A stretch of DNA of 64,000 nt from Syntrophaceae bacterium (lineage in GTDB: Bacteria; Desulfobacterota; Syntrophia; Syntrophales; UBA5619): assembly GCA_003141195.1 (NCBI GenBank), contig PLLC01000087.1, positions 2,875-66,874 on the forward strand, read 5' to 3'. Positions 46,748-55,838 of the stretch are shown here, in pieces. Under the pieces are notes generated by a model. It was given only the letters and a program-made list of their open reading frames with translations. It was not told where the DNA came from and did not search any database. The translations under genes and the position numbers were made by a program. How positions within the stretch are numbered: position 1 is the stretch's first letter; every line of letters begins with the position of its first letter.

Positions 46748-47949
46748 TCGGAAACACCATTCTCCTCGCCCTGCGCGAGATCCGGCGGAATGTCCTGCGC
46801 TCCTTCCTGACCATCCTTGGTATCGTGATCGGCGTGGGGGCCGTGATCACCATGGTGACCATCGGAGGCGGCGCCACCCTTCAGGTCAGGCAGCAGATCG
46901 CGAGCCTGGGGAGCAACATGCTCATCGTGAGCGCAGGCAAGCGGATGGGGCCGGGCCAGGCGAGCAGCGCGGCGCTCTTCAAGGAGGCCGACGCCGAGGC
47001 CATCGACGCCGAGATCAGCGATATCGCGGCCGTCGCCCCGGTCACCACCCAGTCGCTCAAGGCCATCTCCGGAAACCAGAACTGGTCCACCTCCGTGGTC
47101 GGGACCGACAACCGTTATCTCAGGGTCACCAGCCGGGTCCTCAGGACGGGACGGTCCTTCAACGACGGCGAGCGGCGCGGCGGCGCGGCGGTCTGCCTCC
47201 TGGGGGAGACGGTGAAGAAGAAACTCTTCGGCAGCCAGGAGGCCCTGGGAGAGAGGATCCGCCTGCAGAAGTTCTCCTGCGAGGTGGTCGGCCTCCTGGA
47301 GGGAAAGGGGCAGAGCAGCATGGGGATGGACCAGGACGATCTCGTGGTGATCCCGCTGCGCACCTTCCAGCGGCGCGTCTCCGGCAATCAGGACGTCTCC
47401 CTGATCCAGATCTCGGTCCGGGAGGGCGCCTCCACCGACAAGGCCAAAAAGGACATCGAACGCCTGATGCGCGAGCGGCGCCATCTGGGCCCGAGCGACG
47501 ACGACAATTTCACCGTGATGGACATGAAGGAGATCACGAACATGCTGACGGGAACCACCACGATACTCACCGCCCTGCTGAGCGCGGTCGCGGCCGTGAG
47601 CCTCCTGGTCGGCGGGATCGGGATCATGAACATCATGCTGGTGTCGGTGACCGAACGCACCCGCGAGATCGGCATCCGGCTCGCCATCGGCGCCCTCGAA
47701 CGGGAGGTTCTCACGCAGTTCCTCGTGGAGGCGGTGGTTCTTTCCTCATTCGGCGGCCTCATCGGCATCTTCCTGGCCCTCGCCGGATCGGTGTGGCTTT
47801 CGGCAGTGCTCCATGTGCCGTTCGTCTTCAACGGGGGGATCGTCCTGGTCGCCTTCCTCTTCTCGGCACTGGTGGGGGTGATCTTCGGCTATTTCCCGGC
47901 GCTCAAGGCCGCCCGCCTGGATCCCATCGTGGCGCTAAGGCACGAATGA
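46744..47949 (+). CDS. MacB/FtsX-type ABC transporter permease
   Basis: Begins MIGNTILLALREIRRN (ATGA overlap with the ATPase gene). Has a large periplasmic loop and a C-terminal FtsX-like TM bundle. The upstream part of track ORF 45955..47949 is out-of-frame overlap. Confidence 0.85.
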   Translation: MIGNTILLALREIRRNVLRSFLTILGIVIGVGAVITMVTIGGGATLQVRQQIASLGSNMLIVSAGKRMGPGQASSAALFKEADAEAIDAEISDIAAVAPVTTQSLKAISGNQNWSTSVVGTDNRYLRVTSRVLRTGRSFNDGERRGGAAVCLLGETVKKKLFGSQEALGERIRLQKFSCEVVGLLEGKGQSSMGMDQDDLVVIPLRTFQRRVSGNQDVSLIQISVREGASTDKAKKDIERLMRERRHLGPSDDDNFTVMDMKEITNMLTGTTTILTALLSAVAAVSLLVGGIGIMNIMLVSVTERTREIGIRLAIGALEREVLTQFLVEAVVLSSFGGLIGIFLALAGSVWLSAVLHVPFVFNGGIVLVAFLFSALVGVIFGYFPALKAARLDPIVALRHE

Positions 47950-48181
47950 GGCTTCCGCCCCCCTTGCCGCCGATTTCATCCACGCACGGGCAAATTCACG
48001 GATTCAGACAAGTCTGCGGCTGACAACCTTTTCGGCTATTTTGAGGTCAAGGCTGCCTTAAGATACCTCTTGTTTGGCCTGCGGTGAATAGCGGCCTTAT
48101 TCGACGCAATAAATGCGGAGATTGTCCTTGCTTTATGCGGCGAATACGCGGCATAATATCACCAGGGAGTGTCAGAGAATT

Positions 48182-49288
48182 ATGAACTATATCCACAATA
48201 GGAAGAATTGGCCAAAACTGACTTGGAGCCAGGAGCGGCTGGCAGGGCAGCTTGCCGGCGTACGTCATCGGCAGGGGCGGCTCATCGGGCGTATGGAGGG
48301 GCTGGGTTTTTCGCTCCGCAGTGAAGCCGTGCTGCAAACCCTGACCGAGGATGTTCTCAAATCCAGCGAAATCGAAGGTGAAAAGCTGGATAAGGACCAG
48401 GTGCGGTCTTCTATCGCCCGCAGACTCGGACTCGATATCGGCGGACTGATACCGGTTGACCGGCATGTCGAGGGGGTTGTTGAAATGATGCTCGACGCCA
48501 CCGGCCGTTTTGCCGATCCGTTGACCGAGGAACGTCTGTTTTCCTGGCACTCCGCTCTGTTCCCAACCGGGCGCAGTGGTATGACCAAAATCGCGGTTGG
48601 CCGCTGGCGTGATGATCAATCCGACCCCATGCAGGTGGTTTCCGGCCCGATTGGCAGGGAGAAGGTGTATTATCAGGCCCCTGAAGCCAAGCGTGTTTCC
48701 AAGGAGATGAGCGCTTTCCTGAAGTGGTTTAACGGTCCCCAATCTATTGATCCGGTTTTGGCGGCAGGTCTGGCGCATCTCTGGTTTGTAACGATCCATC
48801 CTTTTGAGGACGGTAACGGCCGGATTGCCCGGGCGATTGCGGATATGGCTCTGGCGCGTTCGGAAAATAGCACGCAGCGTTTCTATAGCATGTCGGCGCA
48901 AATTCGCCTGGAGCGAAACGCCTACTACGATATGCTGGGAAAAACCCAAAAAAGCGGCCTGGACATAACCCCCTGGCTTGAATGGTTCCTGGGATGTCTC
49001 GATCGCGCCATTGACGGCGCGGAACATATCCTGGCCGGCATCTTCCATAAGGCCCATTTCTGGGAGGCGCAAACCCAGAAGCCATTCAATGAACGCCAGC
49101 GAGCCGTCATCAACCGGCTGTTCGACGGTTTTGAAGGCAAGCTGACTTCTTCCAAATGGGCCAAACTGGCCAAATGCTCGCAGGATACCGCCCTGAGGGA
49201 CATCGATGATCTGGTGAAGCGTGGTGTTTTGCTGAAAGAGCCGGGAGGCGGTCGCAGCACAAGTTATGCCTTGGCGAACGATGGATAA
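48182..49288 (+). CDS. fic: Fic-family protein (AMPylase-type) with N-terminal DUF4172-like region
   Basis: Catalytic motif HPFEDGNGRIARA. Start at MNYIHNRKNWP (48182). Confidence 0.85.
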   Translation: MNYIHNRKNWPKLTWSQERLAGQLAGVRHRQGRLIGRMEGLGFSLRSEAVLQTLTEDVLKSSEIEGEKLDKDQVRSSIARRLGLDIGGLIPVDRHVEGVVEMMLDATGRFADPLTEERLFSWHSALFPTGRSGMTKIAVGRWRDDQSDPMQVVSGPIGREKVYYQAPEAKRVSKEMSAFLKWFNGPQSIDPVLAAGLAHLWFVTIHPFEDGNGRIARAIADMALARSENSTQRFYSMSAQIRLERNAYYDMLGKTQKSGLDITPWLEWFLGCLDRAIDGAEHILAGIFHKAHFWEAQTQKPFNERQRAVINRLFDGFEGKLTSSKWAKLAKCSQDTALRDIDDLVKRGVLLKEPGGGRSTSYALANDG

Positions 49289-49291
49289 GGA

Positions 49292-50191
49292 TCAGCAGAG
49301 ATATTTTCCAAACCACTGAAAAACCTTTTTCCATCCGTCGACTGCAGCCACCGGCCGATAATCCGCACGATCCACCGCGAAGAAGGAGTGGCCGGCATTA
49401 TCATACGTATGGAACTCGTAGCTCTTTCCCCATTTCTTGAGCTCCGCTTCTGTTTTTGCCACATCCCCGGGCGAGGGACGCTTGTCCTCCCTGCCGAACA
49501 GCCCGAGCAAAGGACAGCTCAGGTCCTTCGTGTAATCGATCGGATCAACGGGTTGACGCGGCGTCAGCCCCTCCTTGCCCGCCCCGACACCGCCTGGGTA
49601 GCAGGCTACTGCGGCGTCGATCCCCCTGAGCGTGCACACGGCCAGGTAGGCTTGCCGGCCCCCGGAACAATAGCCGATGATGCCTACCTTCCCGTTGAGA
49701 TACGGCAGGGCGCGGAGATACCGTATGGCGCCTTCCACATCACCCATGGTGCGGTTGTCCGGCATGCCGCCGGCATCCCGCACGCTGGCGCTGTTTGCCT
49801 CGGGCGTCCCTTTGCCTTCGCGAAAATGCAGATTCGGCGAGATTGCCGCGTAGCCGTGGTACGCGAATTTGCGGGCGATCTCCTTCGACGCTTCATCCCA
49901 GCCGGGCATGTGATGGATCACCACGACCCCGGGGTGGGGGCCGGGTCCCGTGGGACGCGCCAGGTAGGCATCGATCGTGTCGCCCTCGTGCCCGCGCATC
50001 TTCACGATCTCCGCACACATGGCTTCGGACGGCATCCCCTTGGCCGGCTGCGCGGGCTTCGGCTCCGCCTTTGACGCCGCAAGCACCGTCCCTGCCGCAC
50101 CCACCACCATTCCCCCCACTGCTCCGGCCGCAGTCCCCCTGATGAAATCCCTGCGCGTGAGTCCTTTTTGCCTTTTCTCGACGAAACTCAT
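49292..50191 (-). CDS. Dienelactone hydrolase-family protein with twin-arginine (Tat) signal
   Basis: MSFVEKRQKGLTRRDFIRGTAAG Tat motif, then a DLH fold (VVVIHHMPGWDE, IGYCSGG). Confidence 0.75.
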   Translation of the reverse strand: MSFVEKRQKGLTRRDFIRGTAAGAVGGMVVGAAGTVLAASKAEPKPAQPAKGMPSEAMCAEIVKMRGHEGDTIDAYLARPTGPGPHPGVVVIHHMPGWDEASKEIARKFAYHGYAAISPNLHFREGKGTPEANSASVRDAGGMPDNRTMGDVEGAIRYLRALPYLNGKVGIIGYCSGGRQAYLAVCTLRGIDAAVACYPGGVGAGKEGLTPRQPVDPIDYTKDLSCPLLGLFGREDKRPSPGDVAKTEAELKKWGKSYEFHTYDNAGHSFFAVDRADYRPVAAVDGWKKVFQWFGKYLC

Positions 50192-50447
50192 AAGTATTTT
50201 CCCTCCTTTAAAGAGATGCTTCGGTCTCGTGGAATGTTCCGTAGTATACTTCATCCCGTAAGGGGAGGCAACTTCTCGGTCCACTCTTTCAGCTCACTCT
50301 TTCGGAGGGAGGATCCGGCAGGGGGGACCGGAAAGCGAGAATTCGGTTGCCTCGCGGCGATTCACTGTGATAACCAGATCCCGGGAACCGGCGTATCACA
50401 GTCCTGGATTCATTGCTGCGAATGTGGACTCATTCAGGGAGGGGCGC

Positions 50448-51710
50448 GTGGTCAAAGCTTCACGGGAATTCCAGATTTTTGCAAAACCCGCAGGGGCCGC
50501 CTGCAACCTGGATTGCAGCTACTGTTACTACCTGCGTAAGGACCTGCTCTATCCGGACAGCGACTCGTTTCGCATGCCCTACGATCTGCTGGAGGAGTAC
50601 ATCCGCCAGCAGATCGCAATCGCCCCCGAACCGGAGATCAGTTTCTTCTGGCACGGCGGCGAGCCGACCGTGCTCGGGATAGACTATTTCCGCAAGATAA
50701 CCGGGCTCCAGCGCAAACACCTGCCCCCCGGCAGGCGTATCAACAACGGCATCCAGACGAACGGCGTACTCCTCGACGACGACTGGTGCCGCTTTTTTGC
50801 GGCTGAGAATTTTGCCGTCGGGCTCAGCCTCGACGGTCCGCCGGCGCTGCACGACGTCTATCGCGTGACCAAGGACGGGAAGCCCACGCACCGGCAGGCG
50901 ATGCAGGGCTATCGGCTCCTGCGCAAACACAAGGTCCCGGTGGATCTCCTGTGTGTCGTGCATGCTGAGAACGTCCGGCACCCCCTCCAGGTGTACCGCT
51001 TCTTCAAGGAGATCAAAGCCCAATACATCAGCTTCATCCCCCTCGTCGAGCCGCAGCCGGCTTCCCAGGGCGGCGTGAGCGCGCGCACCGTGCCGGCGGA
51101 AGCGTTCGGCGCCTTCCTGTGCGTCGTCTTCGACGAATGGGTGCGGCAGGACGTCGGGCGGATCATCGTGCAGATGTTCGAGGAGGTGGCGAGGCCGGCA
51201 TACGGCCAGGACCATTCCCTGTGCATCTTCCGGTCCACCTGCGGGGATGTCCCGGTGGTCGAGCACAACGGCGACTTCTATTCGTGCGATCATTTCGTCA
51301 CCCCCGAGCACCGCCTCGGCAACATCCGCACGACCCCGCTTATCGAACTCATCGAACATCCGGCGCAGCTCGCCTTTGGGCAGGCCAAGCAAGAGGCGTT
51401 GCCGCGCTGCTGCCGGGAGTGTGAAGTCAGGGCCATGTGCAACGGGGGATGCCCGAAGGATCGCATCATCCGGACCCCGGACGGCGAAGCGGGGCTGAAC
51501 TACCTGTGTGCGGGCTACCGCAGGTTCTTCGCCTACTGCCGCGACTTCACCGGGCAAATGGCGGCGCTGCGATTGGCTGGGCAACCGCCCGAGCGGATGA
51601 TGCAGGTTCTCCGCGACGCGGAGGTCAAGGCGCATCCCGCAGTCGGGCGTAACGACCCCTGCCCCTGCGGCAGCGGCCGCAAATACAAGAAATGCTGTTT
51701 GAACGCATGA
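50448..51710 (+). CDS. Anaerobic sulfatase-maturase-like radical SAM/SPASM enzyme with C-terminal SEC-C motif
   Basis: [10 protein letters not shown] radical SAM motif, Cys-rich SPASM region and a C-terminal [16 protein letters not shown] 50448 is preferred (GGGAGGGG RBS); the track ORF begins at 50367. Confidence 0.75.
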   Translation: MVKASREFQIFAKPAGAACNLDCSYCYYLRKDLLYPDSDSFRMPYDLLEEYIRQQIAIAPEPEISFFWHGGEPTVLGIDYFRKITGLQRKHLPPGRRINNGIQTNGVLLDDDWCRFFAAENFAVGLSLDGPPALHDVYRVTKDGKPTHRQAMQGYRLLRKHKVPVDLLCVVHAENVRHPLQVYRFFKEIKAQYISFIPLVEPQPASQGGVSARTVPAEAFGAFLCVVFDEWVRQDVGRIIVQMFEEVARPAYGQDHSLCIFRSTCGDVPVVEHNGDFYSCDHFVTPEHRLGNIRTTPLIELIEHPAQLAFGQAKQEALPRCCRECEVRAMCNGGCPKDRIIRTPDGEAGLNYLCAGYRRFFAYCRDFTGQMAALRLAGQPPERMMQVLRDAEVKAHPAVGRNDPCPCGSGRKYKKCCLNA

Positions 51711-51752
51711 AATGACTCTTTATGAACAGCCACAAGAAAGGAGCGATACGAG

Positions 51753-52499
51753 ATGCCGTACGAAGCGATGTTGGCGGAAACCGTAAACGTATGCGGGCAC
51801 AAGGGCGACATGATCGACGCGTACCTGGCGCGTCCCACCGGACCCGGCCCCTACCCGGCGGGGGTGGTGGTGATCCACCACATGCCCGGCTGGGACGAAG
51901 CGACGAAGGAGATCACCCGCAAGTTCGCCCATCATGGCTATGCGGCCATCTCGCCGAATCTGCATTTCCGCGAAGGCAAAGGGACGCCCGAGGAAAACAG
52001 CGCAAGCGTGCGGGCCGCCGGCGGCATGACGGATAATCGCACCATGGGCGATGTGGAAGGAAGCATCCGGTATCTCCGCACCCTGTCGTATCTCAACGGC
52101 AAGGTCGGCATCATCGGCTATTGTTCCGGGGGCCGGCAAGTCTATCTGGCCGCGTGCACGCTGAAAGGGATCGACGCCGCGGTTGACTGCTACGGCGGCG
52201 GTGTCGTGGCGCCCCCGGAGGAACTCGACGCGCGTCAACCAGTAGCCCCGATCGACTATACAAAGGATCTGCGTTGTCCTTTGCTCGGACTCTTCGGCAG
52301 GGAGGACCAGCGCCCCTCGCCCGGGGACGTGGCCAAAACCGAAGAAGAACTCAAGAAGTGGGGAAAGACTTACGAGTTCCACACGTACGACAATGCCGGG
52401 CACGGCTTCTTCTCGGTCGATCGTCCCAGCTATCGGCCGGAGGCTGCGGTCGACGGATGGAACCGGGTCTTTCAATGGTTCGGCAAATACCTCCGCTGA
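51753..52499 (+). CDS. Dienelactone hydrolase-family protein, no signal peptide (paralogue of 49292..50191)
   Basis: 248 aa, about 80 percent identical by eye to the mature part of the Tat-signal paralogue. Confidence 0.75.
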   Translation: MPYEAMLAETVNVCGHKGDMIDAYLARPTGPGPYPAGVVVIHHMPGWDEATKEITRKFAHHGYAAISPNLHFREGKGTPEENSASVRAAGGMTDNRTMGDVEGSIRYLRTLSYLNGKVGIIGYCSGGRQVYLAACTLKGIDAAVDCYGGGVVAPPEELDARQPVAPIDYTKDLRCPLLGLFGREDQRPSPGDVAKTEEELKKWGKTYEFHTYDNAGHGFFSVDRPSYRPEAAVDGWNRVFQWFGKYLR

Positions 52500-52507
52500 T
52501 CCTCAGC

Positions 52508-52616
52508 CGCCAGCAAGCCGTCATCAACCGGCTGTTCGCCTCTCCTCCTTCGGCGGTCTCATCGCTATTGCCCTGGCCCTGGCCGGATCGCTATGGCTTT
52601 CGGCAGCGCTGCATAT
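52508..52616 (+). pseudogene. Two abutting gene fragments: 31 nt of fic and about 78 nt of the MacB-type permease 3' region
   Basis: 52508..52538 matches 49094..49124 at 30 of 31 positions. 52539..52616 aligns with mismatches to 47739..47816. Confidence 0.7.
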
Positions 52617-52874
52617 GATCGGCGTGAAGGTCTTTCCGGTTGCGCGTTCATTTATTATTTATTGAAGTCGAGGTTTTCAGCTGATGTGCTTGTATAGCAG
52701 ATTTCTTTTGGTAATACACGAGTGCGATCAATGAAAAGATGAATTGTGCCGGTCATTGAGGCAACTTCAAATCTTCACTATGAAGTAGGATTCTCTCCCA
52801 ACACTTACGGAAAGAAACCTTCAAAAGAGAAGCTGAGAGGAGAATATTTTGGAAAGAAAATAGAATTTGTGATG

Positions 52875-53633
52875 CTATGATTTTTTCAGCATCATCAACT
52901 CGTCATCCATGTTGTGGCGGATGCAATCCAGCCGAGGCGAAGCCATTAAGAGACTTTCTGAGGCTGTCCGCTTCAGACGAAACGGGAACAGGCTTGTGTT
53001 ATCCAGCAGCTCCGCGAGCCTTGTCGAGCCGTTAGCCTTCGCATGAAGGGATGCTTCAATCAACCATGCAATGAGCTGAGGATCGTCAATGGATACAGGC
53101 AACCCCCGACGATAGACGCCCTTTGTATCGGTTTCCTGCAGCACATCCCAGGCGATAAAAGATCTGAGGACGTAACGAACCCTTCGGAAAACTGATTCCC
53201 GCTCACCGTACTGTTCACAGATACGGCGCTGAACTTGTTCCGCCGTGATGGTTTCCTGAAGCCGCAGCAACCGCCCTACTTGGCCCGATACGGCGCTCCA
53301 AAAGGGATAAGTCGCCATGACCATGGCCCAATGGATCGCCAAGCGCTCCCCGCCCGATTTTATACGCAGCAACTCCAAACCGCTTTCCCTGAATTTGGCA
53401 AGTTCCCTTGGTCCGGATAACCAGACGTTCATCAAAATAGTCACGGTTTTAGAAAGCGAACCCCGGACAGTTGGACTGGAGGTGGGAAAACTGGTTGCTA
53501 AAAATTCCACCATGCTTTGCTTGACTGTGTCCGGAGGATTGCCGGCCAAAGCAAGCTGCGCCACACGTTCCAACCATTCCAAGCGAACGATCCTGTCAAT
53601 GCCAATCTGCTGTATTCGACTGTTGGGTTTCAT
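52875..53633 (-). CDS. BREX-associated helical protein, in the position and size expected for type-3 BrxA
   Basis: 252 aa, ATGA-coupled to the pglZ stop, last gene of the operon. The BrxA assignment rests on position only. Confidence 0.35.
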   Translation of the reverse strand: MKPNSRIQQIGIDRIVRLEWLERVAQLALAGNPPDTVKQSMVEFLATSFPTSSPTVRGSLSKTVTILMNVWLSGPRELAKFRESGLELLRIKSGGERLAIHWAMVMATYPFWSAVSGQVGRLLRLQETITAEQVQRRICEQYGERESVFRRVRYVLRSFIAWDVLQETDTKGVYRRGLPVSIDDPQLIAWLIEASLHAKANGSTRLAELLDNTSLFPFRLKRTASESLLMASPRLDCIRHNMDDELMMLKKS

Positions 53634-55630
53634 CCGGCCTTCCTCTCTATTTGAACAAGAGGAACGATAACTTCCTCTATGGATATCCCGCCGTGACTGA
53701 CGAGACGTTCTTTTTCACGAACGAACGCTTTTCGAGAAGGCGCCAGTAAGGGCAGATAATCGTTCGGCAACCCAACGGGCGGCCATTCCAATGCGGTCGG
53801 AAAACGATCCGCGACCTTTTTCCTCAGAAGCGGATCAGAATAGATGCGAGCCCGTTCGCCGCGCAGGTCGGCAACCGCCCCTTCCGAGGGACGTCCACAA
53901 CCTTCTGCTTCAATGTTTCCGTGATCTGATGTCAGAAAAACCCGGAATCCCCGGTCGAGGAGCAAGTCAAGAAGAGACGCCAGGTAAGACTGTTCCGCCC
54001 ATTGACGCACCTGGTTGTGCATGCCCGCCGTGCCCAGTTCCATGCCGTGCATGATTCTATCGATCTTGTCGATGACCAGCCCCGCCACTCTTATCCTGGG
54101 ATAAGAAAGCAGTTCTTCAAGATGGCTCAGGTTCCCGTCACCAAATCCCTTGGCGTAGGAGATCTCGTTCGGCGTCAGTCCTTGATCTGCCCAAAACTGT
54201 GACCACAAGGCAGATTCCTTCTCGGTCGTCAGGATGCTGTTCGGAAAGAAAATCGGCGGCTTGCCGGCGAAGAGGGCCTGCCGCGAGATTGAGGTGATTG
54301 TCGGAATCCAGGCGAATACAGCGCTCTCACGGAACTGGATTATGGGTCGCTGGGAGGCAATTATTTTACGCACCGCGATCCACTGGTCTAAGGCCAGCCC
54401 GTCAATCACGAGGAGAGCGGCCTTGAATGTCTTGTCATCGACCACCTGGCGCGCCAGGTACCGGGGCAGGTGATGGAGCATGACCGGTGGCGCAGGAGGC
54501 AGGTTGATCAGCCCAGCGAACCGCCGGGTCAACCAGGAAGTGAAGGCATGGTCAACATGGGTCTGAATTTCTTTGATTCCTTGATCAGTTTTGGCATCAG
54601 CGAGCGCCTCATGGGCAATGGCGATCAACTCCGCCCAACCGCGGGCAAACAATAACCAATCTCCATATCGAACATCCTCAGCCGGAATAGCAGTGCGGAT
54701 GCCAGCGAGCAGCTTTTCCAGACGACGCGTTCGATCTCCGGCAGAGTCGGTTCGAACTCCGATGCCGGCCCACGTCTTGGCGATCATTCCCGCCCGTTCG
54801 TGGGGTACCGGGTGCAGAAGACCTTCAAGAAAGAATGTGTCCATATAAACGCGGACATCATGGTGATCAAACGGCAGATCCGGCGGTCCCGGTATCTGGA
54901 AGATGTATCCGGCATATTCTTCTACACCGGTCTGGGTGTCCTGAACCTGCCCACGGTTCAGGAACAATGGCCAGCGTTCCTGCAGGAAGGACAAAAAAGC
55001 TTCCCGATCCGGAACGATTCTTTCCAGAGGCCACCCAGCGAAGCTGTCAGTTTGCCGGAGGATCTGGTTGAAGCGGTTGTCGAGAACCAATGGTATACGC
55101 TGTCCGCGGTAGTGACGGCGCAGGAGTACCCTCAGCAGATCGGATGGCTGCTTGATGAGTTCCACTGCGATCTCAAATACATGCCGAAGGACGAACTCCT
55201 TGGTGGCGTTATCACCGAGCTGCCCGGGCATATGGCGCCGCTGGGCTGTGTACAAGGCGTCAAGATCGCCACGATCCAGGACAGTAATGATGGGATAACT
55301 GAGTGTCGGAAAGATGTCACCAAGATTGAAGAACAGCTTGCGACCCGCCTGAAGCAAATCGAAGGGCAATGTGCTGAGATCGCTGGCCTGGGATCGCAAC
55401 ACCACCACAAGGTCGGTCTGTTCTCCGCAATCCCATCGCGAACGGAACCCGGATTCGTAGGCATAGCGGAAAGCGACAGGGTCCTCAAAAGGAATGAGCT
55501 CGAATCCCCGCTCCCGGATGCCCTCCAGTATTCCTTCCTCCAGCAGCAGCCCATCCGGGTCCGCCACCAGGGTAAGCCGCGAAACCTGCGGGGTGAATTC
55601 CTTGAGAATCTGATCACGCCAGCTACTCAT
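53630..55630 (-). CDS. pglZ: PglZ-domain alkaline-phosphatase-superfamily protein (BREX)
   Basis: LLVIDGLALDQW and VFLTSDHGNIEAEG PglZ signatures. Start at MSSWRDQI (55630) preceded by AGGAGGG. Confidence 0.85.
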   Translation of the reverse strand: MSSWRDQILKEFTPQVSRLTLVADPDGLLLEEGILEGIRERGFELIPFEDPVAFRYAYESGFRSRWDCGEQTDLVVVLRSQASDLSTLPFDLLQAGRKLFFNLGDIFPTLSYPIITVLDRGDLDALYTAQRRHMPGQLGDNATKEFVLRHVFEIAVELIKQPSDLLRVLLRRHYRGQRIPLVLDNRFNQILRQTDSFAGWPLERIVPDREAFLSFLQERWPLFLNRGQVQDTQTGVEEYAGYIFQIPGPPDLPFDHHDVRVYMDTFFLEGLLHPVPHERAGMIAKTWAGIGVRTDSAGDRTRRLEKLLAGIRTAIPAEDVRYGDWLLFARGWAELIAIAHEALADAKTDQGIKEIQTHVDHAFTSWLTRRFAGLINLPPAPPVMLHHLPRYLARQVVDDKTFKAALLVIDGLALDQWIAVRKIIASQRPIIQFRESAVFAWIPTITSISRQALFAGKPPIFFPNSILTTEKESALWSQFWADQGLTPNEISYAKGFGDGNLSHLEELLSYPRIRVAGLVIDKIDRIMHGMELGTAGMHNQVRQWAEQSYLASLLDLLLDRGFRVFLTSDHGNIEAEGCGRPSEGAVADLRGERARIYSDPLLRKKVADRFPTALEWPPVGLPNDYLPLLAPSRKAFVREKERLVSHGGISIEEVIVPLVQIERKAG

Positions 55631-55838
55631 AGCTGCTGCCCTCCTGCCAAGCATTCTTAAGTCCAAGGCAGGCTGCCTCTATGCGGCTGCCCTTCAGGCA
55701 CATGGTATTACGTTTGCACCATGGCAGACAAACGCGGCAGATCGTCGCGCCCCAAGGCGTTTGGGCTTCGATGACCTGACAGAGTTGCCCGTGGTCCGGG
55801 CTGTAGTACCATGAGCCTTGTGCAAAGCCACCCATCAT
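55623..55838 (-). CDS. 71-codon ORF, possible stub of a deleted gene
   Basis: ATGA-coupled to the upstream gene. The first ~35 residues (FAQGSWYYSPDHGQLCQVIEAQTPWGATICRVCLP) look like a small SH3/Tudor-like beta module. The remainder is Cys-rich junk overlapping the pglZ RBS and start. Confidence 0.3.
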   Translation of the reverse strand: MMGGFAQGSWYYSPDHGQLCQVIEAQTPWGATICRVCLPWCKRNTMCLKGSRIEAACLGLKNAWQEGSSYE

